DNA from: a virus
Strand: one strand, 5' to 3'
Length of the DNA: 64,000 bases
IMG/VR virus record: IMGVR_UViG_3300022848_000011
Span: 1 to 64,000 of that record
Position numbers and translations under genes: made by a program. Every line of letters begins with the position of its first letter. Positions within the stretch are counted from its first letter, which is position 1. Shown one piece after another: positions 8,879 to 19,527 of this stretch. The notes under the pieces were generated by a model. That model made no database searches, was not told the origin of the DNA, and was given only the letters and a program-made list of their open reading frames with translations.

Positions 8879-11800
8879 TTTAAAAGATTCACTAGGAAGA
8901 ATGTCTAATATTTCGAACAAAGTTTCCGAAATTGCAGACATGTTGAGTTCTCCTACCACAATTCAAGAAACTTTACGTTCAACCTCGGAAGATAAAGACA
9001 AGTGTTGTGACAAAATCGTTGAAGCTATTGAATCTTTGAAACTAAAATACGAACTAGGGAATGAATCTTTAAAAGACGAAATCATAAATCAAAATGAATC
9101 TGTTGGCAATCTTAGAACGAGTTTGAATAATAATCAAACTCGTTTAGATAGAAACACAGACCAAATGGAACCTATTGCAGTAAGGTCTGCAAATAGCATT
9201 GTAAGAGAAGTAGAAAATTCAACTTATGTTTCTGAGAAATTTTCTAGAAATATTCAAGATGAATTAGGAGATGTTTCTTCTCCTTTTGTAGGTAACATGC
9301 CACCAACCGTATCAGCAGCTAACTCTACATTTACTTCTAGTTACTCAAGCCCTGATATTTCCTTGGATACGAATGATTTGAGTCAATCTTTTTATAGGGT
9401 TGCTGATAATATCAATACTATGGGCAATTCTATAGATGATTATCATGCCTATTTAGCTAGAGAATTTAAGGAAAATAGAACTAAAGATAGACTGAAAGAC
9501 GGTTCAGGTGTTTTAGCTGGTGCTGCATCTCAAGTGTTTGGTGGTTTTGATCCTGCTCAAGCAATATTTGCTGGAGCTATCAATGCAGAATTAGACTTTA
9601 AAACAGAAATGAGAAAAACAGCATTTCAAGTCGAAGGAATTACAGGTGATTTACGAGGCATGCAATCAGAATTCGCCAACATAGGGAATTCTATGGAAAG
9701 AGCAGCAGGCACAGAGGTTGATCGAACTAAATTTCAAGAACTTTATGGAAGAGCACTCAAAAAAGGATACAAAAAACAAAAAGACACATTAGATGTTGTT
9801 ACTACTTCATTGAATTTAAGTAATATGCTGGGTGCTGATGCAGAACCAACATCACAATTATTTTATGAATGGTACCAACACACGAATGCCTCAGCAAATG
9901 AAATGTCACAATTATCAAGAAACATACAAGATGTTGCCAGAAAAACTAAGGTTACTGGTAACGAATTAATGGATGTTGTGAAATCTAGTGAAGAATTTGC
10001 CACTAACTTAAAGAATGCTCGTAATTTCTCTACAGAAACTATGGAGCAAATTATTGGTTTATCAGCAGAAGCCAAGAAAATGGGAATCTCTGAAGTCACC
10101 AACAAAGTCATAAAAGCCACCAATAGTTTTTCGTCACTAATGGCTGCTGATGATAAGACGAAAGCTTTGATGTTTAGTGCAGCAGGTAGTGTTGGTAAAA
10201 CTCAAGAGCTTCTCGATGGTAAAATGATGAGTTCCAAAGAAAACCTTAAGAGTTTATCACTAGGTCTTGGAAATGTAATGCGTAATTTAGGTTACAGTGT
10301 TGAAGATTTGGATGGTCTATCGGATACTCAAAGAGAGTTATTAAACGACAGAATGAAGAGAGCTTATGGTTTAGAATTAGGAGAATTCGAGAAGTTGATA
10401 GATGCTACAAGCAAAATGTCTAGGACAATGACTGAATCAATATCTGACATTGATAATTCGTTACAAAAAACCAATCTTACTGCTGAAGAAGTGAGTAAAT
10501 TAGAAAAAGAAAGAGCAGGTCTTTTGAAGAATGCTTCGTTCAAATTCTTAACTGACTTTGACACACAAGGTAAAAAATCAGAATCATTTAGCGAAGCTGC
10601 TTCTAAAGCAGGTAAGAAAATCCAAGAATCTCCTGAAAGGTTCCAAGACTTACAAGCTATAGCTAAAGAAATGAATATGTCTATAAACACAAATGCAGAC
10701 ATGTTTAAAGTATCAGCCCTATCTGCTGCCAAAGAATTAAAACTTCAAAGTGGCGGAGAAGTTGATTTTACTCAGAAAGTTAAAGATGCTTTTGCTTCTA
10801 ATGATTTGGTTCAAGTTAGAGAATTAATAACAGAAATGAATGCAAAAGATCAAAGCTTGGGTGCAGAAATGGCTAGTAAAGTCGATCCTTTTACTGACTT
10901 GAGTAGACGAATTGTTCTATTGAATGACAGTATTAGACAATTAACAGGTAAGATTGGTGGCGGTATAGTTGATTTTGTTGGTGCGTCTGGCTTATTAGCA
11001 ATGGGGATAGCTTCATTGGCAGCATCAGTAGTTATTTCTGTAAACGCTCTTGTTACTGGATTAACAAAAGTATTTCCAGGACTTGTTCAAATGATAGCCA
11101 ATCTACCTAGTAGAATAGGCGGAATAGGTGGGATTCCTCCTATTGGTCCATTTGGAGGAGGGGGGAGGGGTGGACCTAAATCACCAATAGGTGGACCTAA
11201 ATCACCAATAGGTGGACCTAAATCACCAATAGGTGGACCTAAATCACCAATAGGTGGACCTAAATCACCAATAGGTGGACCTAAATCACCAATGGGTGAT
11301 ATAAGTGGTCCTATGGGACAATCCGCAAGGAAAACATCCATTATAAGAACTAGTTCCTCGTTTGAAAAAGCTGGTGGAGCTATGGGTGACGCTGCTCTTA
11401 GAACACGAGAAGCTAATTTGAAATCGCCCACCGAAAAATTTGGTAACAAAGTCACCAAGTCCGTAAAGAATATTAGATTACCTTGGGAAAAACCACTAGA
11501 GCAAATGAGTGGACCAATGGGTGATATGGCTAAAAAGACCAGACAAGCACAACAATCCGCAAAGATTGGAACAATTAAATCCAAAACTTCTGATTTAATG
11601 AATTTGACTAAATCCAAAACTTCTGATTTAATGAATTCGGCTAAGTCTAAAACTTCCGATTTGATAAATACAACGTATAAAAAGTCTAATACAAATTTAA
11701 TAAATTATACCAATCGAGGTCTTGATAATATGAAAAAATATTACAAGGTTTCAATTGATAATATTAGTGACTTCAAATCAACTTTGAGAAGTCGAATTTG

Positions 11801-14714
11801 GACCCAAATAACCAAAAGCTTATATTCTGGCTTTAGATTAGTAAGAAGAGCAATTAAAGGAATAGGAAGCTCATATGTTGGACTCTGGGCAAATGTTTTA
11901 AAGATAGCTAAAGAATCACCTAGAATGATCAGTAAATCTATTGGTTTTGTTGCTGAATCATTTAAAAATGTGTTTAGAGGTAGTGGAACTACAATAGGGA
12001 AAACTTTAAAGAAAGGAAAAGATAAATCAAAATTACTTACAGCAGGTAATTTGGCAAGAGGTGCCAGAAATGTTGGTGGGGAAGCATGGAAAGGAACAAA
12101 AGGTCTTTCTCGTGCAATGCTTAAACCTTGGACACTTATAGGCACTGCTGGAAAAGTCGGATCTAAAGTAGGTGGTAAAGTTGCTGGTAAGATGGGTATA
12201 AAAGCAACTTTAGGTGCAGCTACAGGTGGTGTAGCTACTGCATTGTTTGCGGCTGTAGAAGGTGCTATGGGAGCTTGGAAAGGTTATGTAGATACACCTA
12301 AAGTCTTTTCGAACGCTCTTAAGAATGCAGATGGTTCTATGAGAGAAGCTACTGTAGGGATGAAGTTCGCATCTACATATGCAGGATTCTTTACGGGAGC
12401 TTTAGATTCAATCACTTTTGGACTTCTCGGACTTATTGGCATCAAGGAACCATTACAAAATATATTATCTTGGATAGTTTACACCCCTTTAAGTATTATA
12501 GAAAATTTGTGGAGTGGAATAAAAGAAGGGTTCATGGCAGGTTGGAACATGATCAAGCCTGCTATTGATCAACTTTGGGATGCTTTTGGGGAAATAGGAG
12601 GGGTGTTTAATAATCTATTATCCTCTATTGGAAAAATGTTTGGAATTGTTGATATAGATAAAGCTTCTGGTGTTTTGGAAAAAATTAGTAAAATATTCAT
12701 GTCTGTTTGGGATGTGATAGGACCATTCGCTAAATCTTTCGGGTATATAATAGGTAAAGGAATTGCACTATCAATACAATATGTGATTCCATGGCTTAGA
12801 TTATTTATAAATCTTATAGTAGATGTAGCAAGAATCGTCACAGGTGCAGTACAAGTCATTGCAGGTATTGTTGGAATTGTCTGGAATTCTTTATATGGAT
12901 TATATGGACTTGTCTATGGTTTATTTACAGGTGATTGGGATATAGCATCTGCTGCTTTAGATGGTTTGATAAATTCAATGAAAGGTATTTGGGAAGGTTT
13001 TGGTAATATTTTATGGGGAGGTTTAAGAGGTGTATTTGATTTATTACTAGGTCCAATAGTAGCATATGGTGCTATGTTAGTTGCCCCATTTTATGATATT
13101 TTTACCCCAATATATGACACAATTAATGGTGTGAAAGATTGGTTTTATAATCTTTATATGTATCTGGTAGGTAATTCGATAGTTCCTGATTTAGTTAATG
13201 GAATAATAGATTGGTTCTCAAAATTACCAATAATTATTTTTTCGCTGGTAGGTAAAGTTATTGGAGCATTTGCTATGTTACCAATAAAAATTGTAGGTAA
13301 ATTAGTCGAGATGGGAACTTCTATTTTGGATTATATAGGTAATCTTGGGAATAATATAGGAGGTCCTATTGGAGCAATAATTCAATCTATTTTTGAACCA
13401 ATAAAAACTATATCTGAAATGATCAAAAATGTATTTGGTGGTGTCCAAGAATACTTTGGAGGAATCTTCAAAATAATACAAGGTGTTTTCTCATTTGATT
13501 GGAGTATGATAAAAGAAGGGTTCAAACAATCTCTATCTGGATTGGGTGATATATTGTGGGGATTATTAAAAGGAGCATTTGATTTAATATCTGCTCCTTT
13601 CACTAACCTGTTCAATAATATTGTTAATAGTATAACCTTTGTGAAAGACTTATTCCTATCAATTCCTGGAAAGTTAATTGATTCCTTCATGTCTCTACCA
13701 GGACAGTTATATGAAGGTTTCAAAAATGCTGTAACCGACTTGCTTGATTGGGTAATGAGTTATCTTCCTGGTGGAGAAACCATTTCTAAAGTAACACAAG
13801 GTTTTTCCGAGACAAACCAAGCAGCTTCTGAAAGAAGATCTAAGGAAGGAGATTCTGTTATACAAGGATCAGGAAGAGTTGTTGGAGGAATAGCTGATGT
13901 ATTTACTGGTGGTGGAGAAGGACGCCTTGCAGGTGCTAAAAAAGCTGTATCAGGAGGTCTAGAAACAGGACTTGCAGTAGTTAACGCAGTAAATCCTTTG
14001 AGTTATTTCGATTCTGGTTCTAAAGAAATACAACAAACAGGAATGGCTGTTGTGCATCAAGGAGAAATGATCCTTCCAAAGAACATGTTTGATTTAATTA
14101 AAGCAAAAGGACTTCCTTTCGATAGTACAACAAATAAAGAAACAAGTAATTTAACTAGTAATAGTAATGCTAAAGAAATTATAAATAAGCTATCTTCATC
14201 TACTAGTCAAATATCTGATATTAAAACAAGAAAAAATGAAACAATACCTTCTTACATGCCTAGAGATTTAGGTAAGGATAAGATAAATAGTAGTAATGTC
14301 CCTATGCAAAGAGTTGTAAGTTCGAATTTAGACACTATGTCTAATGTCGATAATACAAATAAGACGCAAGTTCATACTCGTCCTATCCATGATATTGATG
14401 ATACAATTCTACAAAAGAAGAGAGGAGAAAAAGAAGGTGCTAAAACTTTCAAGAGTGCTCAATTAGTCGCAATCGAAAAATCATCCATGGAACAGGTTGA
14501 ATTATTAGTGTCAATTAGAAATGAAATATCTAGTCTAGCGTCTTATATGAAACCTACTGGTTCTAGTAGTGTAATATCTTCAGAATCTAACTCTAATAAT
14601 GTAAATAGTACAAAAGACAAAAGACGACCAATGCATTCTCCTCAATACGGTAATTTAAAATACGGTAAGGCTAGTGGTAATGCTAACAAAAATATTATAA
14701 ATGATGGAGAATAA
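8871..14714 (+). CDS. Tail tape measure protein
   Basis: 1947 aa, helical and Ala/Gly-rich, with hydrophobic segments, W/F-periodic repeats and a C-terminal AVVHQGEMILP motif. Precedes the baseplate genes. Confidence 0.9.
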   Translation: MANLKDSLGRMSNISNKVSEIADMLSSPTTIQETLRSTSEDKDKCCDKIVEAIESLKLKYELGNESLKDEIINQNESVGNLRTSLNNNQTRLDRNTDQMEPIAVRSANSIVREVENSTYVSEKFSRNIQDELGDVSSPFVGNMPPTVSAANSTFTSSYSSPDISLDTNDLSQSFYRVADNINTMGNSIDDYHAYLAREFKENRTKDRLKDGSGVLAGAASQVFGGFDPAQAIFAGAINAELDFKTEMRKTAFQVEGITGDLRGMQSEFANIGNSMERAAGTEVDRTKFQELYGRALKKGYKKQKDTLDVVTTSLNLSNMLGADAEPTSQLFYEWYQHTNASANEMSQLSRNIQDVARKTKVTGNELMDVVKSSEEFATNLKNARNFSTETMEQIIGLSAEAKKMGISEVTNKVIKATNSFSSLMAADDKTKALMFSAAGSVGKTQELLDGKMMSSKENLKSLSLGLGNVMRNLGYSVEDLDGLSDTQRELLNDRMKRAYGLELGEFEKLIDATSKMSRTMTESISDIDNSLQKTNLTAEEVSKLEKERAGLLKNASFKFLTDFDTQGKKSESFSEAASKAGKKIQESPERFQDLQAIAKEMNMSINTNADMFKVSALSAAKELKLQSGGEVDFTQKVKDAFASNDLVQVRELITEMNAKDQSLGAEMASKVDPFTDLSRRIVLLNDSIRQLTGKIGGGIVDFVGASGLLAMGIASLAASVVISVNALVTGLTKVFPGLVQMIANLPSRIGGIGGIPPIGPFGGGGRGGPKSPIGGPKSPIGGPKSPIGGPKSPIGGPKSPIGGPKSPMGDISGPMGQSARKTSIIRTSSSFEKAGGAMGDAALRTREANLKSPTEKFGNKVTKSVKNIRLPWEKPLEQMSGPMGDMAKKTRQAQQSAKIGTIKSKTSDLMNLTKSKTSDLMNSAKSKTSDLINTTYKKSNTNLINYTNRGLDNMKKYYKVSIDNISDFKSTLRSRIWTQITKSLYSGFRLVRRAIKGIGSSYVGLWANVLKIAKESPRMISKSIGFVAESFKNVFRGSGTTIGKTLKKGKDKSKLLTAGNLARGARNVGGEAWKGTKGLSRAMLKPWTLIGTAGKVGSKVGGKVAGKMGIKATLGAATGGVATALFAAVEGAMGAWKGYVDTPKVFSNALKNADGSMREATVGMKFASTYAGFFTGALDSITFGLLGLIGIKEPLQNILSWIVYTPLSIIENLWSGIKEGFMAGWNMIKPAIDQLWDAFGEIGGVFNNLLSSIGKMFGIVDIDKASGVLEKISKIFMSVWDVIGPFAKSFGYIIGKGIALSIQYVIPWLRLFINLIVDVARIVTGAVQVIAGIVGIVWNSLYGLYGLVYGLFTGDWDIASAALDGLINSMKGIWEGFGNILWGGLRGVFDLLLGPIVAYGAMLVAPFYDIFTPIYDTINGVKDWFYNLYMYLVGNSIVPDLVNGIIDWFSKLPIIIFSLVGKVIGAFAMLPIKIVGKLVEMGTSILDYIGNLGNNIGGPIGAIIQSIFEPIKTISEMIKNVFGGVQEYFGGIFKIIQGVFSFDWSMIKEGFKQSLSGLGDILWGLLKGAFDLISAPFTNLFNNIVNSITFVKDLFLSIPGKLIDSFMSLPGQLYEGFKNAVTDLLDWVMSYLPGGETISKVTQGFSETNQAASERRSKEGDSVIQGSGRVVGGIADVFTGGGEGRLAGAKKAVSGGLETGLAVVNAVNPLSYFDSGSKEIQQTGMAVVHQGEMILPKNMFDLIKAKGLPFDSTTNKETSNLTSNSNAKEIINKLSSSTSQISDIKTRKNETIPSYMPRDLGKDKINSSNVPMQRVVSSNLDTMSNVDNTNKTQVHTRPIHDIDDTILQKKRGEKEGAKTFKSAQLVAIEKSSMEQVELLVSIRNEISSLASYMKPTGSSSVISSESNSNNVNSTKDKRRPMHSPQYGNLKYGKASGNANKNIINDGE
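11169..11294 (+). repeat. 6 x 21-bp tandem repeat GGTGGACCTAAATCACCAATA (GGPKSPI)
   Basis: Five identical copies and a sixth with one mismatch, read directly. Confidence 0.97.
11577..11669 (+). repeat. About 3 x 33-bp degenerate repeat (KSKTSDLMN..)
   Basis: AAATCCAAAACTTCTGATTTAATGAATT occurs twice, followed by a diverged third copy. Confidence 0.85.
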
Positions 14715-14716
14715 TA

Positions 14717-15283
14717 ATGCCAAAAGCAGCAGAGGGCGGGTCTCTAAATGAGTTGACAAATTTATGTTATATTAATATACCAGGTGTTGGTAGAAACACT
14801 GATGGATTAAAACGTAGTTTCACTTACACTTTCAACAACCTACCAGACATAACAGATACTAAAAGTGCAACTTATAATGATGAAATAGTCATAGGAAGAT
14901 CGAATCCAATTAAGACATTTTCAAGTGGTGATAATAGAGCTATTAATGTTACTATTCATTTAATTGTAACTAAACCAACCGATATTGATTATAATATAAG
15001 TATATTAAGAGCTATTCAAAGTTGTGTTTACACAAGGAAAGGGTCAAACGGAGCCCCTTTTATACCACCTCCAATATGCCAATTAAAATGTGGTGCTTTC
15101 TTAGCAGATGAACCATTGTGTGTGATATTAAAAAGTTATAATTTAAAAGCGGATCCAAGTTGTGCATGGGATGAAAGAACTTTATTACCTTATAAATTAG
15201 ATATAGACACTGCTTGGGAAGTTGTCTATAAAAGCAGTAACTTACCTGGGCAGGATAGAATCATGGAATTAGGTACTTCGTAA
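14717..15283 (+). CDS. Tail tube initiator / baseplate protein
   Basis: Directly follows the tape measure gene. The motif ITDTKSATYNDEIVIGRSNPIKTFSSG is typical of gpU/CIS tube-initiator-like proteins. Confidence 0.65.
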   Translation: MPKAAEGGSLNELTNLCYINIPGVGRNTDGLKRSFTYTFNNLPDITDTKSATYNDEIVIGRSNPIKTFSSGDNRAINVTIHLIVTKPTDIDYNISILRAIQSCVYTRKGSNGAPFIPPPICQLKCGAFLADEPLCVILKSYNLKADPSCAWDERTLLPYKLDIDTAWEVVYKSSNLPGQDRIMELGTS

Positions 15284-15284
15284 T

Positions 15285-15608
15285 ATGAAAAGATACATAG
15301 AATATACAGATTTAGATGCAAAAGATTTTGTTTTATCTACAACTAGATATGCTAATTCTCAAGTTGTTTATTATGGTGATAGTAAAATATTAACATTTGA
15401 AACTTACAAACCTGAGAAAATTTTTGAAAGTTCATCAGATTCTATTGCTATAATATCTCCTGGAGTTGCATATCGCCCTGATTTAGTTTCTTATCAATCT
15501 TACGGAACAAGTGAATTTTGGTGGAAAATTATGGAAGCTAATAACATGAAGGATATTTTGGAATTTAAAGCGGGAACAACTATTCGTATCCCAAGTCAAT
15601 TCTTTTAA
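15285..15608 (+). CDS. Baseplate wedge LysM-like protein (T4 gp53-like)
   Basis: RPDLVSYQSYGTSEFWWKIMEAN...GTTIRIP. Confidence 0.85.
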   Translation: MKRYIEYTDLDAKDFVLSTTRYANSQVVYYGDSKILTFETYKPEKIFESSSDSIAIISPGVAYRPDLVSYQSYGTSEFWWKIMEANNMKDILEFKAGTTIRIPSQFF

Positions 15609-15619
15609 CGAGGGGTATT

Positions 15620-17098
15620 ATGGTTTGTAGGACAGGATGTATAGAACAATTTGTTTGTGGAGAAATCAATCTTCCCCACAATAATGCTCAGTCAGAAGTT
15701 TTTTCTCCTTGGGTTAAAGCTAAATTTAAGTCATCTGATTTAGAAATAACAGTAGGAAATGATTCTGCTGTTAATTTAGATAATACTGTATGTATCAAAT
15801 CTTTCGAATTTGGGTTTTCTGATGGTTGGACATCTACTTTAGAAATTATTGATGAAAAAGGTGGGGCTTTTCCGTTATTTATAGACAATATAGTAAAATG
15901 TGCAGAAAAAGCACATATAAGTGAAGTGCAAGTAGAAATGCAGTGGGGATGGACAAGTGCTGCTTGTAATGGTTCAACACCTGTAATAACATCACCTACT
16001 ATTATAGGAACGGGTATGCATTTAGAAATTAATCAGTCTGGTGGTGTTATCAAATACAATATTAATATTAAATGCATAACAGATGTGTCTTTTGCTATGC
16101 GTGAAGATGCTGTTTTTGGAGAAAGTGGAAAGCCAATGCCTTTACAAAATGCAATCCAAGAATTATGCAAAATAGAACCAATTATTGAAGTTGAATTTGC
16201 AAGAAGAAGTAAAGATGGCAAACGCATCAATGGATTTGAATGGAAAGGATTTGGGGAAAAAGGTCCTTCTGGAGTATGGAAAGCTTCTTCGTTAAATCGT
16301 CTGTCGGTAATTTCAAGTTGGATAGAATCATTTAATACATCGAACGATAAAGGAATTGTGTTAATTATGGATAGTACAAAACCTAACACTTTAGTTTTAT
16401 GGGAAGATCTAACAAATGAATGTAATGAAACATCTTTATGCGATACATCAGTAGGCACATTTTTGGTAAATGCTGGCGGTTGTAGTAACGTATTAGAGTT
16501 TAACCCAACAATTAATTGGGTTGGTGGTTTCACCAAACAAAGTTCTGGTGGTGTTGCAGGTGGTGCGATTGATTCTAAACCTCAACTTAAAGAAGACGGA
16601 AGAAAACCATGTAGTGAACAAGGAAAAAATGTTGGTATTCAAGAAACAATCATTGTCAGTGATTTTGCTGTTGAAGCACATGGATTTAAAAATGCTGGTA
16701 ATGAAACAAATAAAGCTCAAAGTGCTCATCAACATGCTGATATTTTCAGTGCTCAATCGGAGCCAATTGAGGCAGACTTGAGAATAATTGGCGATCCACG
16801 ACCTGTATTTATTAATATTGCACAATGTATTGGAAAATTTATTTCCATAGTTGCTATAAATCCTTTTCATATTTTAGGACAAAGTTCTTCTTGTGGTGAT
16901 TGGCTAGCTTCTCCTGGTTGTAATCCTATATTAAGTAATAAAAATTGGATGATTAAGGGAATTAATCACTCTATTCAAGAAGGGTCTTATGTGACCGTTT
17001 TAAAATTATATTTAGCCGCACCTGGAATTAAAATATCAAAATCAGATCCACTGGGTGGTTCTGGTTCAGGTGGCTACACTCCTAGAAATTTATGTTAA
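15620..17098 (+). CDS. Baseplate hub protein (gp27/gpD-like)
   Basis: Lies between the gp53-like and gp5-like genes. C-terminal ADLRIIGDP...WMIKGINHSIQEGSYVTVLKL. Confidence 0.7.
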   Translation: MVCRTGCIEQFVCGEINLPHNNAQSEVFSPWVKAKFKSSDLEITVGNDSAVNLDNTVCIKSFEFGFSDGWTSTLEIIDEKGGAFPLFIDNIVKCAEKAHISEVQVEMQWGWTSAACNGSTPVITSPTIIGTGMHLEINQSGGVIKYNINIKCITDVSFAMREDAVFGESGKPMPLQNAIQELCKIEPIIEVEFARRSKDGKRINGFEWKGFGEKGPSGVWKASSLNRLSVISSWIESFNTSNDKGIVLIMDSTKPNTLVLWEDLTNECNETSLCDTSVGTFLVNAGGCSNVLEFNPTINWVGGFTKQSSGGVAGGAIDSKPQLKEDGRKPCSEQGKNVGIQETIIVSDFAVEAHGFKNAGNETNKAQSAHQHADIFSAQSEPIEADLRIIGDPRPVFINIAQCIGKFISIVAINPFHILGQSSSCGDWLASPGCNPILSNKNWMIKGINHSIQEGSYVTVLKLYLAAPGIKISKSDPLGGSGSGGYTPRNLC

Positions 17099-17107
17099 TA
17101 AAAAATT

Positions 17108-19117
17108 ATGCAAAATACATCAATTACCGATAAATTCCAAATTTTGGAACAAAGATTAATCGACATAGAAGCAAGGTTTTCAGAATTAGGTTATAGCACA
17201 AAAACTTTTGTCCAAACCGAAATGAAAAGTAAATGGAAAATTCCTGCTCAAGCTAATACAATGTTTGGGATACATACAGCAATATGTGTTGAAACCGAAG
17301 ATCCTTATACAACTGGTAGGATTAGATTTTTTAGTCCTTTGATGCATGATCCTCAAACACCTATAAAAAAATTACCATGGGCTTATCCCGTATCAAGTAT
17401 GGGTGGTTTTGATGATAGTGGTTGCCTCTGGGTACCACCCGCTGGGTCTAAAGTTTGCCTTTTATTTGAGCAAGGAAACAGACAAATGGCTTATTACATA
17501 GGCACGACTTGGGATAGGGATCGAGGAAAACCAGGACAGAGAAAATGGAATTATAATATAGAAGAATACTATGAATATCACGAAGGTAAAAGAGATGGGT
17601 ATTTAGTAGGTCCTAATGATAGCTCACAAGTTTTTCCTCCATGGAATACTTCTAATTACAATGTTTATGATATTGATTCCATCGCAGATTTTGAAGAAGA
17701 TCCTGAAGCTCAGAAAAGGATAACTCCTTCTAATCATTATGGTTTTAAAACACCACAAAAGCATTCATGGTTAGGCGTTGATGGTAATTATAAATGTAAT
17801 CATCGTTGGAGTAGATTAGAAATGAAGTCTGGTGGTGGTGGCTTTATGATTTTTAAAGACGATCCTCACCATCCTGCTGGACAATGGGCACATCCTGATT
17901 GTGGTTGTGGTAGTGGAGATGGAGATGTTTCTGTTTGTAGTGATGATAATAATAAAGCACTTTTTGATGCTGATTCTTGTGATAAAGGCGAGCAAGCTAA
18001 GTGTGCTAATCCATTTTGTAAGCATCAAAGTGACTGTAGACCATATAAGGGTCCTGGGACGCCCCAGAACAACCGCTGTGATGACAAAACACTCCCACAG
18101 ACTGGATGGCAAGTTTTATCTCAAAGTGGTCACACGCTATGGTTTGACGACAAAGTAGAGGAACCCCAAGGAGTACCTGATTGGAAACGAGGAGTCGAAC
18201 CATTTGATTTTGGTTGTACTGATTTATTTCAAGGAAAAATACGTTTAGTAAGTGCTACTGGTCATAGTATAGAATTAAATGATGAAGAAGAAACAACAAA
18301 AGTTCGAAGCAAAGAGAATAAAATAAAATTAACTTCTGCTACTGGTAATTTTATTGAACTAAACGATCACACTGAGTTATGTGATTGTGACGGGACTAGT
18401 AATGATAAAAAGGCAGGGGATAGAAGAGGTATTCACATGGGTACAACTTCTAGACATACATTTGATATGAGTGATGAAGGAAATGAACATTGTGGAGAAT
18501 GCAGAAAAGACGGTGGAACACCAGAAAATGAAGCAACAGATGCTTTTATTAGGCTTAAGTCAGGTTATGGACTAGAAATAATGATGGCTGATTATAATAG
18601 CCAAAAAGAAACAGAGTCTCAATTCATACAATTGTTCGCTCCACAAAAAGACTCTTGCTGTGGTCCACATATAATTAGAATGCAAGAAGATAGTGCATGT
18701 GGTCAAATATTTATTAGATCAGGTGGTGATTATATTTGTATGTCAGTTGGAGATCATTATTCTATTGTAGGAGCAGGTGAAGGTGATGATTTCTGTGAAG
18801 GGGGCTGTTTAGGTCCTTCTGACCATATGTTAATGGTGTCTCAACATAGTTTACACTACTCTTGTAAGTTATATTATAATAAAGCTGAGACTCATTTCTT
18901 TGTGGCAGATGACTATATTATATTAGCTGCTGGTCAAGATTGTGATGATGAAGATGGCAATAAAGATGTATCTCCTTGTATATATCCTGTTATGGTTATG
19001 AGAAATGAACAAATAGTTGCAAGTGACAGAGTATTTGCTTCAGCTTCAGACACAACCAAGTCATGTGCAAGTATATTGAATTTATTACCATTCCACAGAT
19101 GTGGTACACCGGATTAA
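17108..19117 (+). CDS. Baseplate central spike (gp5/VgrG-like OB-fold plus beta-repeat), Cys-rich
   Basis: EDPYTTGRIR...LPWAYP...VPPAGSKVCLLFEQGN OB-fold motif. Repeated SATG(H/N)xIELND strands. Confidence 0.88.
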   Translation: MQNTSITDKFQILEQRLIDIEARFSELGYSTKTFVQTEMKSKWKIPAQANTMFGIHTAICVETEDPYTTGRIRFFSPLMHDPQTPIKKLPWAYPVSSMGGFDDSGCLWVPPAGSKVCLLFEQGNRQMAYYIGTTWDRDRGKPGQRKWNYNIEEYYEYHEGKRDGYLVGPNDSSQVFPPWNTSNYNVYDIDSIADFEEDPEAQKRITPSNHYGFKTPQKHSWLGVDGNYKCNHRWSRLEMKSGGGGFMIFKDDPHHPAGQWAHPDCGCGSGDGDVSVCSDDNNKALFDADSCDKGEQAKCANPFCKHQSDCRPYKGPGTPQNNRCDDKTLPQTGWQVLSQSGHTLWFDDKVEEPQGVPDWKRGVEPFDFGCTDLFQGKIRLVSATGHSIELNDEEETTKVRSKENKIKLTSATGNFIELNDHTELCDCDGTSNDKKAGDRRGIHMGTTSRHTFDMSDEGNEHCGECRKDGGTPENEATDAFIRLKSGYGLEIMMADYNSQKETESQFIQLFAPQKDSCCGPHIIRMQEDSACGQIFIRSGGDYICMSVGDHYSIVGAGEGDDFCEGGCLGPSDHMLMVSQHSLHYSCKLYYNKAETHFFVADDYIILAAGQDCDDEDGNKDVSPCIYPVMVMRNEQIVASDRVFASASDTTKSCASILNLLPFHRCGTPD

Positions 19118-19118
19118 T

Positions 19119-19526
19119 ATGGAAATTTTAGGACTACCTTACCCAATAACTAAACACCCAAATGGCTTTTTAAGAACCAAAAAAGGTGTTAGTCAAATAA
19201 AGTCAGATTTATTATGTTTATTACTCACTAATCCAGGTGAAAGAGTAATGATTCCTGCTTTTGGCACTCCTTTAAAAGAACTTCTATTTGATCAAAATGA
19301 CATAAGCACTGCTATTCGAGCAAAAGAAATGATAATAGCTGCTGTTAATCAATGGGAGCCTAGAATAGTTATTACAGAAATATACACCTCTTTAGATGTA
19401 AATGATTTTGATAATAGAATTGAAGATTCTGATACACATGTATTGTTTATTAGTATAAAATTTTCCACATTTGATAATATTACAAATGTAGAAGAAATTA
19501 ATTTAGAATTACCTACAGGAAATTGA
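19119..19526 (+). CDS. Baseplate wedge gp25/gpW-like protein
   Basis: IKSDLLCLLLTNPGERVMIPAFGTPL...WEPRI. Likely start at ATG 19119. Confidence 0.92.
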   Translation: MEILGLPYPITKHPNGFLRTKKGVSQIKSDLLCLLLTNPGERVMIPAFGTPLKELLFDQNDISTAIRAKEMIIAAVNQWEPRIVITEIYTSLDVNDFDNRIEDSDTHVLFISIKFSTFDNITNVEEINLELPTGN

Positions 19527-19527
19527 T

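Noticed and set aside
11169-11294. Tandem repeats here and at 39085-39309 as CRISPR arrays
   Set aside because: They are head-to-tail with no spacers, have unit lengths that are multiples of 3, and lie in frame within genes.
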